Of a stretch of DNA of 41,648 nt, positions 27,882 through 36,604 are shown one piece after another. Position numbers and translations under genes: made by a program. This DNA comes from a virus (lineage: Duplodnaviria; Heunggongvirae; Uroviricota; Caudoviricetes). Position 1 is the stretch's first letter. Each line of letters opens with the position of its first letter. The stretch lies in IMG/VR virus record IMGVR_UViG_2609459832_000005. One strand, 5' to 3'. The notes under the pieces were generated by a model, which worked only from the letters and a program-made list of their open reading frames with translations, did not search any database and was not told the origin of the DNA.

Positions 27882-28696
27882 CCCCTAAATCCTGCCGGGA
27901 TCTGGCTGTAGTCCACGTTGTCGTAACTGGCTTTGAAGTACGGGTCCTCGCGTCTGGCTGCAGATACCGCAGGAACTTCCCAGGATTCTTCGAAATGACG
28001 ATCCGGACCAAAGAACGTGACAGCCTGTTTCACAAATTGTGTGCCGCTGTTACCCATCGCAGATACCCAGCCCGCGTAGCGTTTCACACCTTCCAGCATG
28101 GTTTCGGGTTTTACCCCCTCATTCAAACGAGCTTTCCAGGCTTTGAAGGCTGCAGATTTTGAATTGCCACCAGCACGTTTGGGGTATGCCAGCCATGCCT
28201 GCTCAAACTCCGGAGAGTATTCCGGTCGGTTTGAACGAACTCGCACGGACTCATCAGCAGATGCACCAACAGCTATTGGTTCATTGACTGGTTCTTTGAC
28301 TGGTTCAAAAGAGTGACTGGTTCTGGGTGAATCTCCTGCACCACCCCCTGGTGCAACTCCTGCACTACCTGGTGAATTTGCTGCACCAGATAGTGAATTA
28401 TTTGCACTACCCCCTAGTGAATCTCCTGCACCATCAAGATGAAGGAGATAGATATTACTTGAGTTACCTTTTTCACCTTTCCGGGTGACTTTTTTTACCA
28501 GCCCGGAATCACAAAGGGCCGCAATATGATTCATCACAGAACGTTTGCTAATCTCGCACTGGTCAGCAATATGCTGGTAGCTGGGCCAGCACTCGCCCTG
28601 ATCGCTGGCATTATCAGCCAGCTTGATCAGAACCAGTTTTCGCAATGGATTACCCACTCGAATTTTCATCGCTTTAACCATCAGCTCCATACTCAT
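27878..28696 (-). CDS. Replication initiator (lambda O-like; N-terminal winged-helix, low-complexity linker)
   Basis: 272 aa; N-terminal HTH (WPSYQHIADQCEISKRSVMNHIAALCDSGLV); Gly/Ser/Ala/Pro-rich linker encoded by tandem DNA repeats (candidate ori iterons inside the gene, as in lambda O). Confidence 0.55.
   Translation of the reverse strand: MSMELMVKAMKIRVGNPLRKLVLIKLADNASDQGECWPSYQHIADQCEISKRSVMNHIAALCDSGLVKKVTRKGEKGNSSNIYLLHLDGAGDSLGGSANNSLSGAANSPGSAGVAPGGGAGDSPRTSHSFEPVKEPVNEPIAVGASADESVRVRSNRPEYSPEFEQAWLAYPKRAGGNSKSAAFKAWKARLNEGVKPETMLEGVKRYAGWVSAMGNSGTQFVKQAVTFFGPDRHFEESWEVPAVSAARREDPYFKASYDNVDYSQIPAGFRG
28327..28433. repeat. Five tandem ~17-bp repeats (period 21-24 bp), candidate origin iterons
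   Basis: GTGAATCTCCTGCACCA (28327), GTGCAACTCCTGCACTA (28351), GTGAATTTGCTGCACCA (28372), GTGAATTATTTGCACTA (28393), GTGAATCTCCTGCACCA (28417); adjacent triplet of TGACTGGTTC at ~28283-28321. Confidence 0.5.
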
Positions 28697-28929
28697 GCTG
28701 CACCTCCGAGATGCTTCATGTTTTTTCCGGAGCGAAAGGCTATAAGCGGCATACTGACGCGGTAATTACGGCCCAGCGGTTCACAAATCACCTTCTGACA
28801 TTCACGGTCAACCAGGCTGACACGTAGAACATGCCCTGCTGGCGTGGTGTACCACTGCCCAACTGTGGGTGTTGATATTTTTTTACGCTGAAATAAACGG
28901 TAAATGTTGAGGAGCAACGGATTAAGCAT
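28693..28929 (-). CDS. Hypothetical protein
   Basis: 78-aa ORF, translationally overlapping neighbours in the early-right operon; no motif recognised. Confidence 0.35.
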   Translation of the reverse strand: MLNPLLLNIYRLFQRKKISTPTVGQWYTTPAGHVLRVSLVDRECQKVICEPLGRNYRVSMPLIAFRSGKNMKHLGGAA

Positions 28930-29758
28930 GACGATGCCCTCCGCTGATATTCAGGAGACGGTGAATATGAAAATTAGCCTTATCCGCCAGACGAATACGT
29001 TCAGCTTGCAAGTTAAGAAGGGTTTCTACCAGAACCTGATGTGCCTGCGGATCCGAAAGAGTTACCTTGCGCAGAGCACGTAGTGCAGTTGTTACATAAC
29101 TGAGTTTATGTAAGTCTTCATCATTCAGACGAGTGAGGGCTGGGACAGTAGCCATGATGGCAGCCTCCTTGATCGGTGAAATACTTCCACCACCGGAAAC
29201 GCCAATTTCGCTGGTGGTGAACTGAACGGGGTTGGCGTAACCGGTGATCAAGGAAACCGGCGCATCTTTCGATGCCCCCGCCCAGCCCACCATAACTTTG
29301 ATGTGAGCAAATGCGGACGATAAAAAAGACGCTGGCGCGTCATATATCGCCTTGATCAATTCCAGGACGCCAATCCCGGCACCCGCTTTATAAGGTGCCT
29401 GAACAGTGTAACGTCCCGGAATGGCAGAATCAATGTGCTGGTGGTCCTTCACACTCAACAAAATCACGCCTGAATTTCCACAAAGGACTAAAGCACTCAT
29501 GCGGGTAGTCTTTGCGAAGATAGATAACGCGCTGTGTTTCTGGCTCCCAACGAATAACATGAACATAAAGTCCTCTTCCGTCACGAAACCAGCGGTTAAG
29601 TTCCTGCACAACTCGCCCCCCACAGTCAGGTAAAGTTCTCTGTGGTTACTTACAGCCAGGTGATTTGGTAATCTGCATTCATGCCGTAACAACAGGTGTT
29701 CAGCGACGCTGACCACCAGCTGTTGCGACAAACGGTTATTTGCCGTTAAACTGTTCAT
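28922..29758 (-). CDS. Hypothetical protein (replication-region gene of unknown function)
   Basis: 278-aa ORF between the CII-like gene and the O-like gene; no Walker motif; function not recognisable. Confidence 0.45.
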   Translation of the reverse strand: MNSLTANNRLSQQLVVSVAEHLLLRHECRLPNHLAVSNHRELYLTVGGELCRNLTAGFVTEEDFMFMLFVGSQKHSALSIFAKTTRMSALVLCGNSGVILLSVKDHQHIDSAIPGRYTVQAPYKAGAGIGVLELIKAIYDAPASFLSSAFAHIKVMVGWAGASKDAPVSLITGYANPVQFTTSEIGVSGGGSISPIKEAAIMATVPALTRLNDEDLHKLSYVTTALRALRKVTLSDPQAHQVLVETLLNLQAERIRLADKANFHIHRLLNISGGHRHA

Positions 29759-30318
29759 GCGTTAGTTTCTCCACAGACACAAAACGCCACGACGCCCGGA
29801 GCTGCACACTCGCGGGCGTCACTCTTTTCTGGAGCGCAAAAGATTTTGTAGACCAGTGCTGCATGCTCCTGGAGCTTCGAAATTGACAGATACAACTCAT
29901 CATTAATTGCTGTCTGCTCGTGTGGCTCCACTACCCCATCTTCGATTGCCGAACGAATCTGCTTTGAGTAACTCCCGATCTGTTCGATGACTTCCAGCAG
30001 GCGCTGGTTTATATCGGCGTTCTCTACTTCCTCAATTTCAGGAAGCGATACAAACACCCCACCAGCAGACTGTGCGACAGCATCCGCAATGTAGTGAGTG
30101 CCAGCCGCGCGCTGTAAAATCATTGCCCATCCCAGCGGGAAAATCTGATCGCCATCTGCACGAAGGCGGTTGAATAAAGCGTTCTCTGTTACATCCAGCC
30201 ACTCAGCAGCTTCAGCGTAACCCCCCGGCAACGCCGCGATAGTTTTTCTGACAGCTTTCACGTACCACTCAGGCTGTTTTTCTACTTTCCAGTGATGCTT
30301 ACCCACGGTTAGCCTCAT
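29755..30318 (-). CDS. CII-like regulatory protein (CP76/YdaT-like position)
   Basis: 187-aa ORF directly downstream of cro; probable HTH around LDVTENALFNRLRADGDQ; assignment by position and weak recollection. Confidence 0.4.
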   Translation of the reverse strand: MRLTVGKHHWKVEKQPEWYVKAVRKTIAALPGGYAEAAEWLDVTENALFNRLRADGDQIFPLGWAMILQRAAGTHYIADAVAQSAGGVFVSLPEIEEVENADINQRLLEVIEQIGSYSKQIRSAIEDGVVEPHEQTAINDELYLSISKLQEHAALVYKIFCAPEKSDARECAAPGVVAFCVCGETNA

Positions 30319-30349
30319 CGTTCTGTGGTTAAAAATTGAAGGTGTTCTG

Positions 30350-30550
30350 TTAATCTTTCGGATAGATATCCGGTCTTAAGTCAGATTTCGTAATTGCACC
30401 TGACGTGCATTGCTCAAGTTTTTTAGCCAGCACAAAACTGGCTTTTTTATAACCATTGAAAACCAGCCGTAAGTAGCCTGGTGTTGAGCCAACTTTTCCG
30501 GCCAACTCGCCCTGCTGTTCTTTGGTTAAAGAGTCCCAATACGCTTTCAT
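30350..30550 (-). CDS. cro: Cro-like repressor (HTH)
   Basis: Likely start MKAYWDSLTKEQQGELAGKVGSTPGYLRLVFNG.. (66 aa) preceded by GGAGG; divergent from cI across an operator-containing intergenic region; the 167-aa track ORF is an upstream extension. Confidence 0.65.
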   Translation of the reverse strand: MKAYWDSLTKEQQGELAGKVGSTPGYLRLVFNGYKKASFVLAKKLEQCTSGAITKSDLRPDIYPKD

Positions 30551-30640
30551 ACAATATGTACCTCCGGTATACATATTACATGATTGAGATGAACCTTCAA
30601 GATACTTGTACCTTATCGGTACAAAGGTTTTAATTTCTTT
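30551..30640. promoter_or_regulatory. Immunity-region operator/promoter interval (PR / PRM with inverted-repeat operators)
   Basis: Perfect inverted repeat TTGTACC-ttatc-GGTACAA (30606-30624); second TGTACC half-site at 30557-30562; candidate PR -35 TTGAAG and -10 TAATAT on the minus strand upstream of cro. Confidence 0.55.
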
Positions 30641-31315
30641 ATGAAAACAGTCCATGACATCCGGCGGTCTAACGCCAGAAAACTGAGAGATGGTGTTGGC
30701 GGGAATTCTTCCTTTGCCACCATGATTGATCGCGAGCCAACCCAGACCAGCAGGTTTATGGGAGATGGTGCTACTAAAAATATCGGTGACAGCATGGCAC
30801 GGCACATCGAAAAATGTTTCGACCTGCCTGTCGGATGGCTTGATCAAGAACACCAGACAACAAACATCACAAAAAAACCTGATGTTTCAATTACTAACAA
30901 ACAAATAACGTTAGTCCCTGTCATATCATGGGTACAGGCCGGAGCATGGAAAGAAGTTGGCTATTCTGAGGTTGATTTGAGCACAGCAGAAACTTATCCC
31001 TGCCCTGTACCCTGTGGCGAAATGACTTATATCTTGCGGGTGATTGGTGATTCAATGATTGATGAGTACCGCCCGGGAGACATGATTTTTGTAGATCCTG
31101 AAGTCCCTGCCTGCCACGGTGACGACGTTATTGCATTGATGCACGATACAGGCGAAACCACCTTTAAGCGGTTGATAGAAGATGGAACACAGCGTTACCT
31201 CAAAGCATTAAACCCAAACTGGCCTGAACCTTACATTAAGATCAACGGTAATTGCTCTATAATTGGCACAGTAATTTTCTCAGGAAAACCAAGAAGATAC
31301 AAAATAAAGGCCTAA
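30641..31315 (+). CDS. cI: CI-type prophage repressor (N-terminal HTH plus C-terminal S24 LexA-like autopeptidase)
   Basis: 224 aa; C-terminal domain with Ser nucleophile motif VIGDSM and Lys in TFKRL; N-terminal HTH; divergent from cro. Confidence 0.85.
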   Translation: MKTVHDIRRSNARKLRDGVGGNSSFATMIDREPTQTSRFMGDGATKNIGDSMARHIEKCFDLPVGWLDQEHQTTNITKKPDVSITNKQITLVPVISWVQAGAWKEVGYSEVDLSTAETYPCPVPCGEMTYILRVIGDSMIDEYRPGDMIFVDPEVPACHGDDVIALMHDTGETTFKRLIEDGTQRYLKALNPNWPEPYIKINGNCSIIGTVIFSGKPRRYKIKA

Positions 31316-31326
31316 TCAATATTTAT

Positions 31327-31349
31327 AACCTGCTTCGGCAGGTTTTTTT
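31327..31349 (+). terminator. Rho-independent terminator after cI
   Basis: Stem AACCTGC / GCAGGTT with TTCG tetraloop followed by T7. Confidence 0.65.
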
Positions 31350-31353
31350 ATAC

Positions 31354-31386
31354 TTGACAATGTACCCTTGAGATACATAATGTATC
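31354..31386 (+). promoter_or_regulatory. pL-like early-left promoter with overlapping operator palindrome
   Basis: -35 TTGACA (31354-31359), 16-bp spacer, -10 CATAAT (31376-31381); TGTACC operator half-site in the spacer and perfect palindrome GATACAT-A-ATGTATC (31372-31386) over the -10. Confidence 0.55.
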
Positions 31387-31807
31387 TAAAAGAAACATGT
31401 CACAGGCAAGATTAAACAAAATTTGGTTGTAACACGGCGTATGGCACATGCGTCGTTAGCGGTCTGGGGACGTTAAAGGGGACAATCCACTCCTTGCTCG
31501 GGCAAACAAACCAGGTAGCCGGAATGTGCAAGTCAATGATGATGCTGATAAGACGCCTAACCAGCGTGGCGATCCGGTTTGACGCCTGGGAAGAGACTAG
31601 GGTGCAACGATGAGGGCATTTATGGAGCCGCGACAAAGTGTGGTGCCGTAACTGGCTAAGTGCTCTCAGCGTTGTGGTGAATACGCAGGCTGATGCGCGA
31701 AAGACATTGCAGCTAATGCGGAAAAGAGCTGTTCGGCGGGGCAATTAAACGCCCGAGAGAGTCTGAAATAACCGCAAGCCGGAGATCAGCACCGGTCACC
31801 ACAACAG

Positions 31808-31864
31808 CCACTGCTTTGGCGGTACCAGTTTGTACACTTGCTTCCGGCTGGTACCGCTCTTTTT
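31808..31864 (+). ncRNA. DicF-like small RNA candidate ending at an intrinsic terminator
   Basis: CTTTGGCGGTACCAGTTTGTAC resembles the Qin-prophage DicF core (GUUUGGCGGUAUCAGUUUUAC) as I recall it; 10-bp stem GCGGTACCAG / CTGGTACCGC (31819-31857) followed by TCTTTTT. Confidence 0.4.
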
Positions 31865-32001
31865 ACAAAACAGAGAAGAGCATCACCGGACGACGGGCTC
31901 ATAACCCAATCCATCCGGGCGGCTGCCACCGCAGGTGTTCTTCTCTGTTTTGTGGAGAAACCAACCGACCTTGCAGGGTCGATATGATGAGGAGCAGCAA
32001 A

Positions 32002-32364
32002 ATGGCTAGCGAACGCAGTACTGATGTGCAGGCATTTATCGGGGAGCTGGACGGCGGCGTATTTGAAACCAAAATCGGCGCAGTTCTCAGTGAAGTCGCT
32101 TCAGGTGTGATGAACACGAAAACCAAAGGTAAGGTCTCACTCAACCTGGAAATCGAACCATTTGATGAGAACCGTGTGAAAATCAAACACAAACTCTCAT
32201 ATGTTCGCCCGACTAACCGCGGGAAAATTTCCGAAGAAGACACCACCGAAACGCCGATGTATGTCAATCGCGGTGGTCGCCTGACTATTCTGCAGGAAGA
32301 CCAGGGACAATTACTGACTCTTGCCGGTGAACCTGACGGAAAACTCCGCGCAGCAGGTCATTAA
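32002..32364 (+). CDS. YfdP-like protein (120 aa)
   Basis: Likely start MASERSTDV.. preceded by GAGGAG; same length and position as yfdP in CPS-53-type prophages; the 182-aa track ORF upstream extension overlaps the sRNA terminator. Confidence 0.5.
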   Translation: MASERSTDVQAFIGELDGGVFETKIGAVLSEVASGVMNTKTKGKVSLNLEIEPFDENRVKIKHKLSYVRPTNRGKISEEDTTETPMYVNRGGRLTILQEDQGQLLTLAGEPDGKLRAAGH

Positions 32365-32429
32365 TACCGTTCTTAATTAACCGATTATTTATCTCATCAC
32401 TGAATATCTTTATATAGTGAGGACTTATT

Positions 32430-33254
32430 ATGTCTCAGAACTTAGACGCAACCGCAATTAATCAAATCCATGCCCTTATTTCTGCTCAGGGTGTTAATGA
32501 AATTATCAGTAAGATTGGTGCCGATGCTGTGGCATTGCCTGAGAATTTCCGCATTCATGATCTGGAAAAATTTAATTTAAATCGCTTCCGTTTCCGTGGT
32601 GCGCTTTCCACTGCCAGCATCGATGACTTTACCCGTTATTCTAAAGATCTTGCAGATGAAGGCACCCGCTGCTTTATCGATGCCGATAATATGCGAGCAG
32701 TCAGTGTGCTTAACCTGGGTACTATTGATGAACCAGGTCACGCAGATAACACCGCCACTCTCAAACTGAAAAAGACAGCACCGTTCTCTGCCCTGTTGTC
32801 TGTTAACGGCGAGCGTAACTCCCAGAAGTCACTGGCAGAATGGATTGAAGACTGGGCCGACTACCTTGTGGGCTTTGATGCTAATGGTGACGCCATTCAG
32901 GCAACCAAAGCGGCTGCGGCGATCCGTAAAATCACAATTGAAGCGAACCAGACCGCTGATTTTGAAGACAATGACTTCAGCGGCAAACGCTCCCTGATGG
33001 AGTCTGTCGAAGCGAAGACCAAAGACATTATGCCAGTGGCATTTGAATTTAAATGCGTTCCGTTTGAAGGCCTGAAAGAACGTCCGTTTAAATTACGCCT
33101 CAGCATTATCACTGGCGATCGTCCTGTACTGGTTCTGCGCATTATTCAGCTGGAAGCGGTGCAGGAAGAAATGGCTAACGAATTTCGTGATCTGCTTGTT
33201 GAGAAATTTAAAGACAGCAAAGTAGAAACCTTTATTGGTACTTTCACCGCCTGA
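32430..33254 (+). CDS. YfdQ-like protein (DUF2303 family, 274 aa)
   Basis: 274-aa ORF in a yfdP-yfdQ-yfdR-yfdS gene order; length equals E. coli YfdQ; assignment from synteny and memory. Confidence 0.55.
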   Translation: MSQNLDATAINQIHALISAQGVNEIISKIGADAVALPENFRIHDLEKFNLNRFRFRGALSTASIDDFTRYSKDLADEGTRCFIDADNMRAVSVLNLGTIDEPGHADNTATLKLKKTAPFSALLSVNGERNSQKSLAEWIEDWADYLVGFDANGDAIQATKAAAAIRKITIEANQTADFEDNDFSGKRSLMESVEAKTKDIMPVAFEFKCVPFEGLKERPFKLRLSIITGDRPVLVLRIIQLEAVQEEMANEFRDLLVEKFKDSKVETFIGTFTA

Positions 33255-33381
33255 TTTCATTACTGCAAATGCCCCTGCGGGGGCATTTATGGAAACATAA
33301 TTTACTCAATAATCGCCGGATGGTGAGGGCTTCCTTTTACCAGAATTCAGCGCGGTGCAGCGCATATACGTGGAGAACAAA

Positions 33382-33918
33382 ATGTCATTTATTAAAACTT
33401 TTTCCGGGAAGCATTTTTATTATGACAAGATAAATAAAGACAACATCGTTATTAACGATATCGCGGTTTCCCTTTCAAATATCTGTCGCTTTGCAGGACA
33501 TCTTTCACACTTCTACAGCGTCGCCCAACATGCGGTGCTTTGCAGCCAACTGGTACCGCAGGAATTTGCTTTTGAAGCGTTAATGCATGATGCAACAGAA
33601 GCGTATTGCCAGGATATTCCCGCTCCACTGAAACGCCTTCTTCCTGACTATAAACGGATGGAAGAAAAAATAGACGCCGTAATCCGTGAGAAATACGGGT
33701 TACCCCCGGTTATGAGCACGCCCGTGAAATATGCCGATCTCATCATGCTGGCAACTGAACGCCGCGATCTCGGGCTTGATGATGGCTCTTTCTGGCCTGT
33801 ACTGGAAGGTATCCCGGCAACAGATATGTTCAAAGTTATTCCACTGGCACCGGGCCATGCCTATGGGATGTTTATGGAACGTTTTAACGAGTTATCGGAG
33901 TTACGCAAATGCGCATGA
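33382..33918 (+). CDS. HD-domain 5'-deoxynucleotidase (YfdR-like)
   Basis: Likely start MSFIKTFSGKHFYYD.. (178 aa); HD-domain His/Asp residues (HFYSVAQHAV, LMHDATEAY). Confidence 0.7.
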   Translation: MSFIKTFSGKHFYYDKINKDNIVINDIAVSLSNICRFAGHLSHFYSVAQHAVLCSQLVPQEFAFEALMHDATEAYCQDIPAPLKRLLPDYKRMEEKIDAVIREKYGLPPVMSTPVKYADLIMLATERRDLGLDDGSFWPVLEGIPATDMFKVIPLAPGHAYGMFMERFNELSELRKCA

Positions 33919-34271
33919 ATGTTTTCGAAATGGAAGGGTTTCTTCGCGGGAAATGTGTACCGCGAGATCTGAAAGTGAACGAAACAAATGCTGAGTACCT
34001 GGTACGTAAATTCGACGCGCTTGAAGCTAAATGTGCGGCACTGGAAAACAAAATAATACCAGTGTCAGCTGAACTGCCACCTGCAAATGAAAGTGTTCTG
34101 TTATTTGATGCTAACGGAGAAGGCTGGCTAATTGGCTGGCGTTCTCTCTGGTACACCTGGGGACAAAAAGAAACCGGAGAATGGCAGTGGACATTTCAGG
34201 TCGGGGACCTTGAAAACGTCAATATCACTCACTGGGCAGTAATGCCGAAAGCACCGGAGAATAAGAAATGA
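33909..34271 (+). CDS. YfdS-like protein (120 aa)
   Basis: 120-aa ORF overlapping the 3' end of the HD-domain gene; Trp-rich C-terminal region; synteny. Confidence 0.45.
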   Translation: MRMNVFEMEGFLRGKCVPRDLKVNETNAEYLVRKFDALEAKCAALENKIIPVSAELPPANESVLLFDANGEGWLIGWRSLWYTWGQKETGEWQWTFQVGDLENVNITHWAVMPKAPENKK

Positions 34272-34483
34272 GCGTGATAAAAACTCATACAGGAATTGTT
34301 ATTACCCGAAACGGTCCGCAGGTAAAAAAACTGCACCAGACAAAGCGGATGTGGGTCGTCGGAAAAAACGAGTTTTACCACAAAGAAACCGGACGCCGCC
34401 ACTTTGCAGAAAATACGCGCCGCCGACTGCTCCTGGACAGCATCAGGCCAATTAAACAGGTAGCAACCAGAGAACAAAATTAA
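34268..34483 (+). CDS. Hypothetical small basic protein
   Basis: 71-aa ORF with ATGA overlap to the upstream gene; no motif recognised. Confidence 0.35.
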   Translation: MSVIKTHTGIVITRNGPQVKKLHQTKRMWVVGKNEFYHKETGRRHFAENTRRRLLLDSIRPIKQVATREQN

Positions 34484-34530
34484 TTATCAGGACTGAAATT
34501 TGATATTACTGCCCGTGTGCAGCGGGCTAA

Positions 34531-34749
34531 GTGGAGAAACATATGCTGAACCTCGATTGTGTTCCTATCTCAACTTATTGCAAAGAAACTGGCGAAACTC
34601 CTGAAGCAATAAACAAACGTGTACAGCGCGGTGTTTGGCGTGAAGGTGTTCAGGTTTTAAAGGTTGAAGGCGTTAAGGAGAGGTGGATTGATCTTAGTGA
34701 GGTTGCAAAATGGGCCAGACAAAACTGCTCAAACTACCGCGCGGCGTAA
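34531..34749 (+). CDS. Excisionase-like small DNA-binding protein
   Basis: 72-aa ORF immediately upstream of and overlapping the integrase gene; probable winged-helix region (INKRVQRGVWREGVQVLKVEG). Confidence 0.5.
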   Translation: MEKHMLNLDCVPISTYCKETGETPEAINKRVQRGVWREGVQVLKVEGVKERWIDLSEVAKWARQNCSNYRAA

Positions 34750-35879
34750 CAATCAGAAAACACCGTCAGGGAGAAACGATCAATATAACTTTCACCTACA
34801 AAGGAGTTAAATGTCGTGAGCCACTTTCCAATCTGGAAGTAACACCAAAGAACATTAAATACGCCGAGCGTACACTCGGCGAAATTCATAATAAGATCGA
34901 AAGGGGAACATTCATTTATGCGGAATATTTTCCCCGTTCTGCTCGTTTGAAAATTTTTGGTAATGCTGCTGCAGGCAAAACGGTAAAAATGTACCTGGAC
35001 GAATACCTTGAAATCTGCGAAACGAGAAAACTTTCACCATCTACGATTGGTGGTTATAAAAAATGCCGTAGTGCGTTAGCCTCACTCCACATTTGCCCTG
35101 CAAGTGAATTAACACCAGCAATCCTGAAAGCGTGGATTCAAAGCCAGAAAACGACCTTAAAAACAATTCGCAACCAGTTATCTTTCCTGCGGTCAGCACT
35201 TGATGAAGCCGTAACCGATGGGGTACTTCAAATTAACCCCGTATCGTTGGTAACTGCTTCGCGCTACCAAAGTGATAAGTCAGAAGCAGAAAGCAGCTAC
35301 ATGGTTGATCCGCTATCACCAGCAGAAGTTGATGCATTACTAGCAGCAGCCGGAAACAAACAATGGGAGAATCTGTTCCGGTTCGCTATACATACAGGCC
35401 TGCGTAGTTCTGAATTATGTGCCCTTCGATGGCGTGATATCGACTTTGTTGGAAAAACTGCCCATGTCCAGAGCGCAAGTGTTGTCGGTGTTATCAAAGG
35501 AACAAAGACAAAAGCCGGTACTCGTAAAGTCGAACTGACAGAAGATGCAATGTTGGCGCTGATAAATCAGAAGCCATTTACATTCATGAAGGATGCTACA
35601 GTCTTTGAAGATCCAAAGACCAATAAGCCTTGGGCAAGTGCTGATGCAATTAGAAAAAAAGCATGGGTGCCAACATTGCGGAAAGCAGGTATTCGTTACA
35701 GAAACCCATATCAAACCAGACATACATTCGCCACCAGCCATATCAGCCGGGGAGCAAACCTGTTTTGGCTTGCGGTTCAAATGGGTCATAAAGGACCAGA
35801 GATGTTATTTAGACATTATGGCTCATACCTCAAAGAATATGATGGAAATACATCTTTAAATAGAAAAAATAGATATTAG
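34710..35879 (+). CDS. Lambda-type tyrosine integrase
   Basis: 389 aa; N-terminal arm-binding-type region (LPRGVTIRKHRQGETINITFTYKGVKCRE), C-terminal catalytic region with R..H..R..Y pattern (RHTFATSHI.. LFRHYGSYL); oriented toward the attachment-site copy at 37357. Confidence 0.85.
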   Translation: MGQTKLLKLPRGVTIRKHRQGETINITFTYKGVKCREPLSNLEVTPKNIKYAERTLGEIHNKIERGTFIYAEYFPRSARLKIFGNAAAGKTVKMYLDEYLEICETRKLSPSTIGGYKKCRSALASLHICPASELTPAILKAWIQSQKTTLKTIRNQLSFLRSALDEAVTDGVLQINPVSLVTASRYQSDKSEAESSYMVDPLSPAEVDALLAAAGNKQWENLFRFAIHTGLRSSELCALRWRDIDFVGKTAHVQSASVVGVIKGTKTKAGTRKVELTEDAMLALINQKPFTFMKDATVFEDPKTNKPWASADAIRKKAWVPTLRKAGIRYRNPYQTRHTFATSHISRGANLFWLAVQMGHKGPEMLFRHYGSYLKEYDGNTSLNRKNRY

Positions 35880-35885
35880 TTTAGA

Positions 35886-35908
35886 TAAAAATGGCCTTTA
35901 CAGGCCAT
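35886..35908 (-). terminator. Terminator hairpin between convergent int and the DarT-like operon
   Basis: Stem ATGGCCT / AGGCCAT with TTAC loop (35891-35908); on the minus strand followed by UUUUA. Confidence 0.45.
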
Positions 35909-35911
35909 TAT

Positions 35912-36601
35912 TCATATCAATGTATGTTGAATAGAATAATTTTCAACACCATAATGAGATGCTAATTTTGATAAAAAACCATCCTTTGAAGATAAAACAT
36001 CATCTAACATATTTCGTCTTACTAAAGAGACAAAAAGTGCAGCTGCTCTGGCTTGGCAATTAATAGATTTCGCTGGATTAAATTCAATATCAGTAAACCC
36101 ATCAAAATTTAATAGATGGAGTGCTAGATTTTTGTTTTGATTGAGCGCACTCAAATATAACCAATCATAAAAAGCAGTCCTGGGGACAATGGGCCATATT
36201 GTATTATAAAATTTGAAGTTAACTAATCCCCCAGATTCCTTTAATCTCATATCTTTTTTTGCTTCTATCGAGCTTTTATCTAAGATATCGACATATGGTC
36301 CTCCCATTTCAAATACTTTACTTGCTTGAAATGCAGATTCAACTGTAAACTCTTTCCCAAGTCTTTTCGTCTTTATTCTTAGATTAAATGCACTAAGTGC
36401 TACCCCCAGCGCATCTTCGGATTTACTAGAAATTTCCAACAAAGAGTTCAATCCCTGCTCATTCGCTGCTGTATGTAACGCCCTGATCGATTTTTGCTTT
36501 TGCGTTTTAGACATACCAGGAGCCCAAGGAAAATCCACATCCTTCGTGATCGATAGTAAGTTCCCTGCGTTTGTAGGGACGAAAACAGGTCTAACAGCCA
36601 T
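35912..36601 (-). CDS. Uncharacterised 229-aa partner of the DarT-like gene (candidate antitoxin/immunity protein)
   Basis: Start codon 3 nt after the DarT-like stop with AGGA SD (translational coupling); AT-rich; no macrodomain or NADAR signature recognised. Confidence 0.6.
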   Translation of the reverse strand: MAVRPVFVPTNAGNLLSITKDVDFPWAPGMSKTQKQKSIRALHTAANEQGLNSLLEISSKSEDALGVALSAFNLRIKTKRLGKEFTVESAFQASKVFEMGGPYVDILDKSSIEAKKDMRLKESGGLVNFKFYNTIWPIVPRTAFYDWLYLSALNQNKNLALHLLNFDGFTDIEFNPAKSINCQARAAALFVSLVRRNMLDDVLSSKDGFLSKLASHYGVENYSIQHTLI

Positions 36602-36604
36602 AAC

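Noticed and set aside
31412-31744. 110-aa minus-strand ORF in the pL leader
   Set aside because: Antisense to the direction of the early-left operon, no SD, in a region better explained as a structured non-coding leader.
31819-31857. GGTACC/TGTACA repeats near 31820-31857 as additional repressor operators
   Set aside because: They form the two arms of a 10-bp-stem hairpin followed by a T-tract, so they are better explained as an intrinsic terminator than as operator half-sites.
35912-36601. Macrodomain (DarG) or NADAR identity for the 229-aa partner of the DarT-like protein
   Set aside because: Only a faint resemblance (HTAANEQGL versus the macro VNAAN motif) and no Gly-rich phosphate-binding loop or NADAR SEHxxQ motif; left as unrecognised rather than named.
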